64,000 bases of DNA from a virus (IMGVR_UViG_3300043788_000101:26917-90916); one strand, 5' to 3'. Positions 40,503 to 47,336 are shown, counted from the stretch's first letter. Translations and numbers: made by a program. The notes: generated by a model from the sequence alone, not told the origin.

Positions 40503-40757
40503 TTGACCTACCGAGCCCACTGCCTCGGGGTCCGACTGCGGCGCGCGCTCAGGAAGCGTCCGCGCTATCCGCTCATCAACGGCGAGTACTACAGCTACTC
40601 GAGCGTCACGATTACGATCGGCGGCCAGACGTTCGCCGAGGTCGGTTCAATTGACTACAAGGCGACGCTCGACGTGGGTGCGCCATCGTCGCGCAGGCTC
40701 GCAATGCGAGAGCAGAGGCTCACCCAGAAAGGGCTCTCCATCCCATGGCCGAAGTAG
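40503..40757 (+). CDS. Small protein containing a copy of the tail-tube N-terminal segment
   Basis: YPLINGEYYSYSSV...VGSIDYK; GGAGG before TTG. Confidence 0.6.
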   Translation: MTYRAHCLGVRLRRALRKRPRYPLINGEYYSYSSVTITIGGQTFAEVGSIDYKATLDVGAPSSRRLAMREQRLTQKGLSIPWPK

Positions 40758-41482
40758 ACCAGGAGCCCGCCGGCTACCGCTGCCAGTGCGGCCACATCCG
40801 CCTCGAGCACGTCACGGGCGGCAAGCTCTGCATGGTGACGGGTTGCGAGTGCAAGCGGTTCCGTGCTAGTCCCTCTCGCGTACAGGCTCCCATCGAGCCG
40901 ACGCAAGAGGACGAAAACATGACTGTTCACGCAGTACCGAGAGACGAGTTCAACCAGACCGAGCCCAGCGAGTTCGTGCTCGCCAATGGCAGCGACGAGC
41001 CCGAAGCGAGCGATGAGGTCGACGGAGACGAGACGGAAAAACCGAGCGTTCTCGAACGCATCGCGGAGATTCGGCGCAACAAGGAGGGCGTACTCAAGGA
41101 GTTCGCCTCGCAGGAGGCGGCGCTACTCGACAGCGTGCGCGCCAAGCTCGCGGTCGCGCGGCTCGAAGTCCAGCGGCTCGAGGACGCCGAGGCCGGGATC
41201 TTGGAGGCCATGGGCGCCGACAAGCCCAGCAGACAGGCGCCAGCAGTCAAGGCCGCCGCGACCCGCAAGGCGCGCGCCGCCAAGCCCGCGGCAGACGGCA
41301 CCTTCCAGGCCAAGCTCGTCTCGTGGGTCGTCGCCCATCCCAAGAGCACGCTCGACGACATCGCCCAGGCCTTCCCGAAAGAGAAGCGCGCGACGATCTC
41401 CTCGCGCCTCTATCTCGCGAAGAAGGCCGAGACGCTCAAGACGACGGGCACGCGCGGCTCGATGAAGTGGAGCGGAGCGTAG
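40745..41482 (+). CDS. Hypothetical protein with C-terminal winged HTH
   Basis: HPKSTLDDIAQAF...TISSRLY.AKK...G.RG...W. Confidence 0.6.
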   Translation: MAEVDQEPAGYRCQCGHIRLEHVTGGKLCMVTGCECKRFRASPSRVQAPIEPTQEDENMTVHAVPRDEFNQTEPSEFVLANGSDEPEASDEVDGDETEKPSVLERIAEIRRNKEGVLKEFASQEAALLDSVRAKLAVARLEVQRLEDAEAGILEAMGADKPSRQAPAVKAAATRKARAAKPAADGTFQAKLVSWVVAHPKSTLDDIAQAFPKEKRATISSRLYLAKKAETLKTTGTRGSMKWSGA

Positions 41483-41492
41483 TAGAAGCCCG

Positions 41493-41521
41493 TTGACGCG
41501 ATCGCGATGACGTGACAGGCT
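41493..41521 (+). promoter_or_regulatory. Putative promoter of the protein-ncRNA-rtcB unit
   Basis: TTGACG-N17-CAGGCT, then AGGAGG RBS. Confidence 0.45.
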
Positions 41522-41550
41522 GCGCGGACCCGTAGGAGGGCAAGCTCACC

Positions 41551-42279
41551 ATGAGACTCAATCACGTCATCGCGATCGAAAAGGGCGTCAAGAATCAGAG
41601 CAACGTCGAGATCACTGCGGCCTACCACGAGCTGCAGAAGGTCGCGCTGTTCAGCGGCATCGCGCGCACGTACGAACCGAAGGACGAGGACGGAGACAAG
41701 TTCCCGCCCGAGCATCAGAAGGTCCAGCGGCTCGCCAACGATCTGCTCGCGTTCACCGCGACGTCGATGAGCAAGTACTGGGACATCACGCTCACGAAGG
41801 ACCGGGCCAACTGCGACGCGCGCGCCAACGTCACCGTCGACGGCAAGGTCATCCTGAAAGATGCGCCGGTCACGTTTCTCATCTTCCTCGAGAAGCAGCT
41901 CGGGGACCTCTCGACGATGGTCAAGAAACTGCCGACGCTCGACGCGGGCGAGACCTGGAAGCACGACGCGTCGACGAACGCCTACGCGACCGAGTCGAGC
42001 GAGACCATCAAGACCAAGAAGGTGCCCAAGGCCTTCGTCAAGGCGCAGGCGACCAAGGAGCACCCGGCGCAGGTCGAGACGTTCACCGAGGACATCGTCA
42101 TCGGCAAGTGGCGCACGGTCAAGTACAGCGGAGCCATCCCTGCGCAGCGCATCGCGGAGATCCTCGAGCGCATCACCAAGCTCCAGGCGGCCGTCAAGTT
42201 CGCCCGCGAGGACGCCAACTCGATCGACGTCCAAGACCTTCACATCGGAAAGACGGTCTTCGACCACCTCTTCGAGTGA
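41551..42279 (+). CDS. Uncharacterised 242-aa protein (candidate ncRNA partner)
   Basis: Strong RBS and codon bias; SGIARTYEPKDEDGD.FPPE, KLPTLD and ATKEHPAQV motifs; not TROVE-like. Confidence 0.85.
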   Translation: MRLNHVIAIEKGVKNQSNVEITAAYHELQKVALFSGIARTYEPKDEDGDKFPPEHQKVQRLANDLLAFTATSMSKYWDITLTKDRANCDARANVTVDGKVILKDAPVTFLIFLEKQLGDLSTMVKKLPTLDAGETWKHDASTNAYATESSETIKTKKVPKAFVKAQATKEHPAQVETFTEDIVIGKWRTVKYSGAIPAQRIAEILERITKLQAAVKFAREDANSIDVQDLHIGKTVFDHLFE

Positions 42280-42707
42280 CAAGATTTGCAGCGCAAGCTC
42301 AAGCTGACACGCAAGTTCAGGGTTTCTAAGCTGGAGGTTTCAGGTTCGAGTCCTGACCGGCGATCCGAGAGGTCGACACGACGTCGCTCCCCCGGGTCGC
42401 CGGAAGCTCAAAGGACGAGCGCCAGTAAGCGCCCAGTGACTCTCAAGCTCTCTGCTGCCAAGCTCAAAAGAATCGCAGGAAGCGCAATCGATCGGTGTGG
42501 AGCAGTTTTTGGTATGCGCCGGTGCAATTCCGGCAGAGCCAGCGGAGCGGGCGAACACGTCGCCTTCTGCGCTGGCTCTTAGCTCAGTTAGCAGAGCAGC
42601 CATCGTAACGATTGACTCCGCGTCTCAAGTGGCGTGCGCCTCTGGCAAAAGCGAGAAAACAGCTACCGATGGGGCGGGCCAGGCTAGTGCCCGCCTCGTC
42701 CCTTTTT
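42280..42707 (+). ncRNA. Structured RNA with two circularly permuted tRNA-like domains and CAAGCT hexamers
   Basis: Domain 1 at 42330-42426 and domain 2 at 42510-42602; each runs T-arm, closed acceptor stem, D-arm. Confidence 0.8.
42668..42707 (+). terminator. Terminator-like hairpin between the ncRNA and rtcB
   Basis: GATGGGGCGGGC / GCCCGCCTCGTC followed by CCTTTTT. Confidence 0.6.
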
Positions 42708-42723
42708 GTAGGAGGCACTTCTC

Positions 42724-43911
42724 ATGGCAGCTGCCATCAAAGAGTGGACGAACGGCGTTCTGGTCGAGGCGTCGGCGCGCAAGCAGCTCGAAGAGACGGC
42801 GAGCCTCCACATCGTCTGGCCGCACCTCGCGGTCATGCCGGACGTTCACTGGGGGATGGGCTCGACTGTCGGCTCCGTCGTGCCGACGCGAGGCGCCATC
42901 ATCCCGGCCTGCGTGGGCGTCGACCTCGGGTGCGGCATGTCGGCCGTGCGGACGTCGCTCTCGTCGTCGGCTCTGCAGGATAACGGCCAGGCCATTCAAG
43001 ACGCGATCGAACGCGCGGTCCCGCACGGGCGCACCGATGACGGCGGGCCCAACGACCGCGGGGCCTGGCGCAACGTGCCGGACGACGTCGCGGCAACGTG
43101 GGCCGGCCTCTTCGAGACGTTCGCGACCCTGCCGCAGGCGTCGCAGAAGCTCGACACCAAGCGGCAGGCCCAGCAGCTCGGGACGCTCGGGACCGGCAAT
43201 CACTTCGTCGAGGTCTGCCTCGATGAGGCCGATCGCGTGTGGGTGATGCTTCACTCGGGCTCGCGCGGGATCGGTAACCGCATCGGCTCGACGTACATCG
43301 CGGCAGCGAAGCGTCGCTGCGAGCGCGACGGCGTGCAGCTCCCGAACAGCGATCTCGCGTGGCTGCCGGAGGGCACCCCGGAGTTTTCCGAGTACGTCGA
43401 GGCGGTCGGCTGGGCGCAGAACTACGCTCGGCTCAATCGGGAGCTGATGCAGATCCACGTCCTCTCCGCGCTCCGCTCGATGTTCCCAGACATGGGCGAC
43501 AGCTGGGCGGTCGTGTCGTGCCATCACAACTACGTCGCGCGCGAGCGGCACTTCGACGAGGACCTCTGGATCACGCGCAAGGGCGCGGTCTCCGCGAAGC
43601 TCGGGCAGCTGGGAATCATCCCGGGCGCGATGGGCAGGCGGAGCTACATCGTGCGCGGCAAGGGCAACCCGGAGAGCTTCGAGACGTGCAGCCACGGGGC
43701 TGGGCGCGTCATGAGCCGAGGAGCCGCCAAGAAGGCGATCACGCTGGAGCAGCACGCCGAGGACACGGCCGGCGTCTTCTGCCGCAAGGACGCCGACGTG
43801 CTCGACGAGAGCCCGCGGGCGTATAAATCGATCGACGCGGTCATGGCGGCGCAAACGGATCTTGTCGAGGTCGTGCATGTCTTGCGGGCCGTCGTGTGTG
43901 TAAAAGGCTAA
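42724..43911 (+). CDS. rtcB: RNA 3'-phosphate/5'-OH ligase RtcB
   Basis: MPDVH.G.G.TVGSV, VGVDLGCGM, GTLGTGNHF, HSGSRG, HHNY, SHGAGR, DESP.AYK. Confidence 0.97.
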   Translation: MAAAIKEWTNGVLVEASARKQLEETASLHIVWPHLAVMPDVHWGMGSTVGSVVPTRGAIIPACVGVDLGCGMSAVRTSLSSSALQDNGQAIQDAIERAVPHGRTDDGGPNDRGAWRNVPDDVAATWAGLFETFATLPQASQKLDTKRQAQQLGTLGTGNHFVEVCLDEADRVWVMLHSGSRGIGNRIGSTYIAAAKRRCERDGVQLPNSDLAWLPEGTPEFSEYVEAVGWAQNYARLNRELMQIHVLSALRSMFPDMGDSWAVVSCHHNYVARERHFDEDLWITRKGAVSAKLGQLGIIPGAMGRRSYIVRGKGNPESFETCSHGAGRVMSRGAAKKAITLEQHAEDTAGVFCRKDADVLDESPRAYKSIDAVMAAQTDLVEVVHVLRAVVCVKG

Positions 43912-43920
43912 AATGAGCGC

Positions 43921-44457
43921 ATGCATTCATGCATGACAGACGCCCGCGCAGCAGGCGCAAGCAAGTACTTTACTGGCCGGCCGTGCACACGCGGTCATCT
44001 CTCGGTGCGGTACGCCCAGAGTGGGTGCTGCCTGGCCTGTCAAGCGTTCCTGCAAAAGCGGGACAGGCGGACCCCGAAAGGTTCAGCCCGCAACAAGGCT
44101 TATGTGCGAATGCTTCGCGAGGAGCGGCCATGGTATTTGCTGTGGCAGTCCGCCAAGGCACGTGCCAAGGAGCGCGGCGTACTGTTCACGCTAACCGCCG
44201 CTGACGTACAAGCGGTGTGGCCTTCAGACGGGAGATGCCCAGCGCTCGGTGTCGAGCTACGTAGGAGCACCTCTGGAGACCATCGCTATGCGCCAGAGTC
44301 TCCTTCGATTGACAAGATCGTTCCTCGGCTTGGATACGTGCCCGGTAACATTGCCGTGATCAGCATGAAGGCGAACCGTCTGAAGCACGACGAAACGTCC
44401 CCGGACGCTCTGCGCCTCGTCGCAGACTGGATCGAGCGCGTCTGCGTGAAGGGCTAA
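43921..44457 (+). CDS. HNH-like homing endonuclease
   Basis: YFTG.PC..GH, CPALG, SPSIDKIVP.LGYVPGNI.VIS..ANR.K. Confidence 0.85.
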   Translation: MHSCMTDARAAGASKYFTGRPCTRGHLSVRYAQSGCCLACQAFLQKRDRRTPKGSARNKAYVRMLREERPWYLLWQSAKARAKERGVLFTLTAADVQAVWPSDGRCPALGVELRRSTSGDHRYAPESPSIDKIVPRLGYVPGNIAVISMKANRLKHDETSPDALRLVADWIERVCVKG

Positions 44458-44504
44458 ACTTTCCCCTTGCGCTCTTTCCAGAGCCGTGCAAGGCTCAACC
44501 CGTC

Positions 44505-44612
44505 ATGACCAGTCGCCCGACACGAATTGCAGGCAGGACGCATCGGCAGTACGCCGAAACGTCAGCCTGCGCCGCGTTTGGCGATAAGTCCAATCCGGTG
44601 TGGGCCATGTAA
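44505..44612 (+). CDS. Putative 35-aa leader peptide of the tRNA operon
   Basis: MTSRPTRIAG...NPVWAM*; follows TTGCGC-N17-AAGGT-like box (AAGGCT); stop abuts the attenuator. Confidence 0.6.
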   Translation: MTSRPTRIAGRTHRQYAETSACAAFGDKSNPVWAM

Positions 44613-44676
44613 GCGCGGGCTCCTTTCGACTTCAACCGAGCCCGCGCCTCTCAGAGACCGCGGGCTCTTTTCGTTT
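44613..44676 (+). promoter_or_regulatory. Transcription attenuator (antiterminator / terminator)
   Basis: GCGCGGGCTC (44613-22), GAGCCCGCGC (44638-47), CGCGGGCTC (44659-67), then TTTTCGTTT. Confidence 0.75.
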
Positions 44677-44678
44677 CT

Positions 44679-44761
44679 GCATCTCGATCAGCACAAGGGT
44701 ATGTGTGGCGCGTTGTAACCGCGTTGTCTTTGACGGAGCCGTTCGACTCGGCCGGGGTGCA
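44679..44761 (+). tRNA. tRNA-Tyr(GTA)
   Basis: GCATCTC/GGGGTGC acceptor, loop TTGTAAC, long variable arm. Confidence 0.7.
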
Positions 44762-44816
44762 CGGAGGACAAGACGATGAAACTCAAACCGCAGGCGCTCG
44801 GAGCGCACAACCGAGA

Positions 44817-44888
44817 GGAGGCGTAACTCAAGCAGCAGAGACCGAGCTTTTACCTCGCGTGATCTCCGTGCAAGTCGGAGCGCCTCCA
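44817..44888 (+). tRNA. tRNA-Lys(TTT)
   Basis: GGAGGCG/CGCCTCC, loop CTTTTAC. Confidence 0.75.
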
Positions 44889-44896
44889 CGACACGC

Positions 44897-44968
44897 GCGA
44901 TGCTGATGTATCGGTTCGCATAGCAGATTCTTACTCTGTCCGGCTCGGTTCGATTCCGAGGCATCGCA
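44897..44968 (+). tRNA. tRNA-Lys(CTT)
   Basis: GCGATGC/GCATCGC, loop TTCTTAC. Confidence 0.75.
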
Positions 44969-44973
44969 CTCAC

Positions 44974-45045
44974 TGGGGTCCGTCTTGGAGACCGACAACG
45001 CTCTGAACGTTGCGCGCGAGAGTCCGATTCTCTCGACCCCATCCA
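44974..45045 (+). tRNA. tRNA-Gln(CTG)
   Basis: TGGGGTC/GACCCCA, loop CTCTGAA, encoded CCA. Confidence 0.75.
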
Positions 45046-45076
45046 CGACGCACAAGGCGTCGACGTTCTTTGAAAA
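45046..45076 (+). promoter_or_regulatory. boxB-like hairpin plus boxA antitermination element
   Basis: CGACGC-ACAAG-GCGTCG then GTTCTTTGAAAA. Confidence 0.6.
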
Positions 45077-45157
45077 CCTGACGACCCCTCGACGCGCACT
45101 TCGGTGCGGCGGTCCCGGTCGACGACACGACGCGCGAGTGAAGTAGCTCGCGCACTT

Positions 45158-45230
45158 TGCAGGGAAGGCCAAGTGGTGAGCCGAATAGCTGTTAACTATT
45201 TGCGAGCGGGTTCGAGCCCCGCCCCTGCAG
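45158..45230 (+). tRNA. tRNA-Asn(GTT)
   Basis: TGCAGGG/CCCTGCA, loop CTGTTAA. Confidence 0.85.
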
Positions 45231-45235
45231 CGAAC

Positions 45236-45307
45236 GCCCAGAGGTTCCAGCGAACAGCACCGTTTCGTATTCGGTGCAGCTCGAGGCAGCATCGAGTCTG
45301 GGCTCCA
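45236..45307 (+). tRNA. tRNA-Thr(CGT), atypical
   Basis: GCCCAGA/TCTGGGC, loop TTCGTAT, T-loop GGCAGCA, CCA. Confidence 0.65.
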
Positions 45308-45308
45308 C

Positions 45309-45385
45309 GTCGCATTCGTCTAGCAGGCCCAGGACGCCAGATTCTCAATCCGGCAACACGAGTTCAACTCTCGTATGCGACGCCA
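45309..45385 (+). tRNA. tRNA-Glu(CTC)
   Basis: GTCGCAT/ATGCGAC, loop TTCTCAA, CCA. Confidence 0.85.
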
Positions 45386-45386
45386 G

Positions 45387-45458
45387 GCCTCGTTCGTCTA
45401 CCAGCTAGGATGCTGCGTTTTCACCGCGGCGAAGCGGGCGCGACACCCGCACGAGGCA
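45387..45458 (+). tRNA. tRNA-Glu(TTC)
   Basis: GCCTCGT/ACGAGGC, loop TTTTCAC. Confidence 0.75.
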
Positions 45459-46170
45459 CCTTCGGCTGACGCTTCCTTGGGGCATGTCCGAGCCGCGAGA
45501 GCAGATACTTCTTCACGGCGTTGTCTGACATACCAAGTCTTTTGGCGACCGCTCGGTAGCTCGTCATCGAGACTTCGATGGCCAACACGTCCGCTGGCGG
45601 CCAGACGATCTTCTGGTGGCGTCCTCCGTCACACTTGGCGCATCTAGTGGATGAGCGAAAGATGGGATTTCCGCAGTCCACACATCTATTCTTCGGCCTA
45701 GAGTAACGACCCTTCAAAGCGTTTCCCGCAAAGTTTTTCGTCTGCGAGTGACAGTTCGGGCATAGAATTCGGAGATTCAAAAGACGATTGTCTGTCGGGC
45801 ACCCGTTGACATGATCCATCTGCAGGGTCAGCGGCTCGTCATTCCACACCGGGCCGAGACCGCACATCACACAGCGTTCCTCAAGCAGTCCCTCTCGGAT
45901 AAGGCGACGACGTAAAGTAGGACCGCCAGTGCCAGACGCGTTCTCTACGAGAAGCGATGAAGTCGGGCGCTTCTTTGGGTCAACGGATCGACCATGCGCC
46001 TTCCCAACGAAGTGGAGCGTACTCAAGTGCAGACGTCGTATATGACAACTGATGTTTGCGTAGTTTCCTGGGCTGACTGACAGCCCGAGCGAACGAAGCA
46101 CGTCCGACTTCGTTACGCAGGCCGCCACGGCGTGGCGTAACTGGTCGTCAGACCATCGTCTCTTAGACAT
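45421..46170 (-). CDS. HNH homing endonuclease inside the tRNA array
   Basis: LQMDHVNG...DNRL.NLRILCPNCHSQT. Confidence 0.9.
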   Translation of the reverse strand: MSKRRWSDDQLRHAVAACVTKSDVLRSLGLSVSPGNYANISCHIRRLHLSTLHFVGKAHGRSVDPKKRPTSSLLVENASGTGGPTLRRRLIREGLLEERCVMCGLGPVWNDEPLTLQMDHVNGCPTDNRLLNLRILCPNCHSQTKNFAGNALKGRYSRPKNRCVDCGNPIFRSSTRCAKCDGGRHQKIVWPPADVLAIEVSMTSYRAVAKRLGMSDNAVKKYLLSRLGHAPRKRQPKVPRAGVAPASPR

Positions 46171-46176
46171 TGACTA

Positions 46177-46206
46177 AATGTACCGCACTGACGTAATGCG
46201 TGTCAA
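46177..46206 (-). promoter_or_regulatory. Promoter of the HNH gene, probably leaderless
   Basis: TTGACA-N18-TACATT-N6-ATG. Confidence 0.65.
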
Positions 46207-46208
46207 TC

Positions 46209-46281
46209 GGCTTGCGAGCGAGTGGGGTCATCGCGGCCCACTGAAAATGGGCAGAATTCCGTTCAACTCGGAAGCAAGCCA
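46209..46281 (+). tRNA. tRNA-Phe(GAA)
   Basis: GGCTTGC/GCAAGCC, loop CTGAAAA. Confidence 0.8.
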
Positions 46282-46282
46282 C

Positions 46283-46358
46283 CGGAGCCTAGCCTAGCAG
46301 TCCAGGCACTTGTTTCGGGAACAAGACCAGGCGGGTGCGACTCCCGCGGCTCCGACCA
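46283..46358 (+). tRNA. tRNA-Pro(CGG)
   Basis: CGGAGCC/GGCTCCG, loop TTCGGGA, CCA. Confidence 0.85.
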
Positions 46359-46427
46359 GCGTGTAGCAAAGTGGCCATGCACTCGCTTTGGGAGCGAGAG
46401 ACGTCCGTCCGAATCGGACCACGCTGA
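46357..46427 (+). tRNA. tRNA-Pro(TGG)
   Basis: CAGCGTG/CACGCTG, loop TTTGGGA. Confidence 0.8.
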
Positions 46428-46433
46428 CTGTAT

Positions 46434-46506
46434 GGTGTTCGTGTTGTAGTGGTCTGCATGGCTGGATGTGACCCAGCCGGTACGGGTCCGATCCCCGTCG
46501 AACACC
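46434..46506 (+). tRNA. tRNA-His(GTG)
   Basis: G-1 plus GTGTTCG/CGAACAC, C discriminator, loop ATGTGAC. Confidence 0.8.
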
Positions 46507-46510
46507 CTAT

Positions 46511-46582
46511 CTGCTCGTCCTGCCGGACGCAGGCGACTCGCTCCTATCGAGTTCGTGCTGGGTCCGACTCCCAGCGAGCAGA
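46511..46582 (+). tRNA. tRNA-Arg(CCT)
   Basis: CTGCTCG/CGAGCAG, loop CTCCTAT. Confidence 0.7.
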
Positions 46583-46592
46583 CAAAACGTTT

Positions 46593-46665
46593 GCCGTCAT
46601 TGTGCCACTGGCTGTGGCAGGCCGGTTGTCTCCCGGTTGAGCCGGATCGAAACCGGATGGCGGCG
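46593..46665 (+). tRNA. tRNA-Asp(GTC)
   Basis: GCCGTCA/TGGCGGC, loop TTGTCTC, G discriminator. Confidence 0.7.
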
Positions 46666-46671
46666 CCGCGT

Positions 46672-46743
46672 GCGCCTCAGGTCATGGTGACCAATTTGGC
46701 TCCAAACCAATAGGCGTCGGTTCGACTCCGACGGGGCGTGCCA
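46672..46743 (+). tRNA. tRNA-Trp(CCA)
   Basis: GCGCCTC/GGGGCGT, loop CTCCAAA, CCA. Confidence 0.8.
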
Positions 46744-46744
46744 C

Positions 46745-46815
46745 GGGCTGTTCGTCCAACGCGAAGACGCTGCTCTTGCAAAGCAGAGATGAGGGTTGAA
46801 CTCCCTCACGGTCCA
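46745..46815 (+). tRNA. tRNA-Ala(TGC)
   Basis: GGGCTGT/ACGGTCC with G3:U70, loop CTTGCAA. Confidence 0.85.
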
Positions 46816-46819
46816 CAAT

Positions 46820-46889
46820 GCCGTTCACGCCGTGGAGGCGAGCAGCCGTTGGTATCGGTTGCGATGGGTTTCGATCACCCAGAGCGGCT
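46820..46889 (+). tRNA. tRNA-Thr(GGT)
   Basis: GCCGTTC/GAGCGGC, loop TTGGTAT. Confidence 0.7.
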
Positions 46890-46891
46890 CC

Positions 46892-46959
46892 GCCGATTCG
46901 TCCAAGGGACAGCGGGAGCTTGTATCTCCCTCGGGCCAGGGCAGTACTGGCAGTCGGCT
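46892..46959 (+). tRNA. tRNA-Thr(TGT), atypical
   Basis: GCCGATT/AGTCGGC, loop CTTGTAT, T-loop GGCAGTA. Confidence 0.65.
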
Positions 46960-46965
46960 CTAGTT

Positions 46966-47037
46966 GCGGGTGACGCTCAGCAGCGGGTGCGCCTTCCAAG
47001 CGTTACCGACCGTGGGCAGCACACGGCATCCGCTCCA
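46966..47037 (+). tRNA. tRNA-Gly(TCC), atypical
   Basis: GCGGGTG/CATCCGC, loop CTTCCAA, T-loop GGCAGCA, TCCA. Confidence 0.7.
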
Positions 47038-47038
47038 C

Positions 47039-47109
47039 GCGGGGTATTCGGAAAGTGACGAGGCTTGAGTGCCACTCAAGCATTGCCGGAGCATTACCGG
47101 CACCCCGCT
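47039..47109 (+). tRNA. tRNA-Gly(GCC)
   Basis: GCGGGGT/ACCCCGC, loop GTGCCAC. Confidence 0.7.
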
Positions 47110-47114
47110 CGAGT

Positions 47115-47186
47115 GAGCCCATGATCAAGCGGTCATCGTGCGCAGCAAACGCACGCGGCTCGGTGCGATTCCGAGTGGGCTCTCCA
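47115..47186 (+). tRNA. tRNA-Cys(GCA) with A33
   Basis: GAGCCCA/TGGGCTC, loop CAGCAAA, U discriminator, CCA. Confidence 0.7.
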
Positions 47187-47187
47187 C

Positions 47188-47259
47188 GCTCTCGTCCTGG
47201 CAGCCAGGCATGCCGCTTCTATCGGCGTTGGCTCCGTGCAACTCGGAGCGAGAGCACCA
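47188..47259 (+). tRNA. tRNA-Arg(TCT)
   Basis: GCTCTCG/CGAGAGC, loop CTTCTAT, CCA. Confidence 0.7.
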
Positions 47260-47260
47260 T

Positions 47261-47330
47261 CTGCCTGTCCGGTGGATCCGGGCCAGTCCCTCCGAAGGAT
47301 CGGTTCGCGGTTCGACTCCGCGCAGGCAGA
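47261..47330 (+). tRNA. tRNA-Arg(CCG)
   Basis: CTGCCTG/CAGGCAG, loop CTCCGAA. Confidence 0.7.
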
Positions 47331-47336
47331 CAACTC

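Noticed and set aside
42286-42983. ORFs over the ncRNA (42286-42582, 42340-42603, 42612-42983)
   Set aside because: No clear RBS or codon bias; RNA structure and rtcB explain the region better
44730-44765. tmRNA-like 3' end (GAC..GTTCGACTC)
   Set aside because: It is the variable arm and T-arm of tRNA-Tyr(GTA) 44679-44761; no tmRNA 5' end was found
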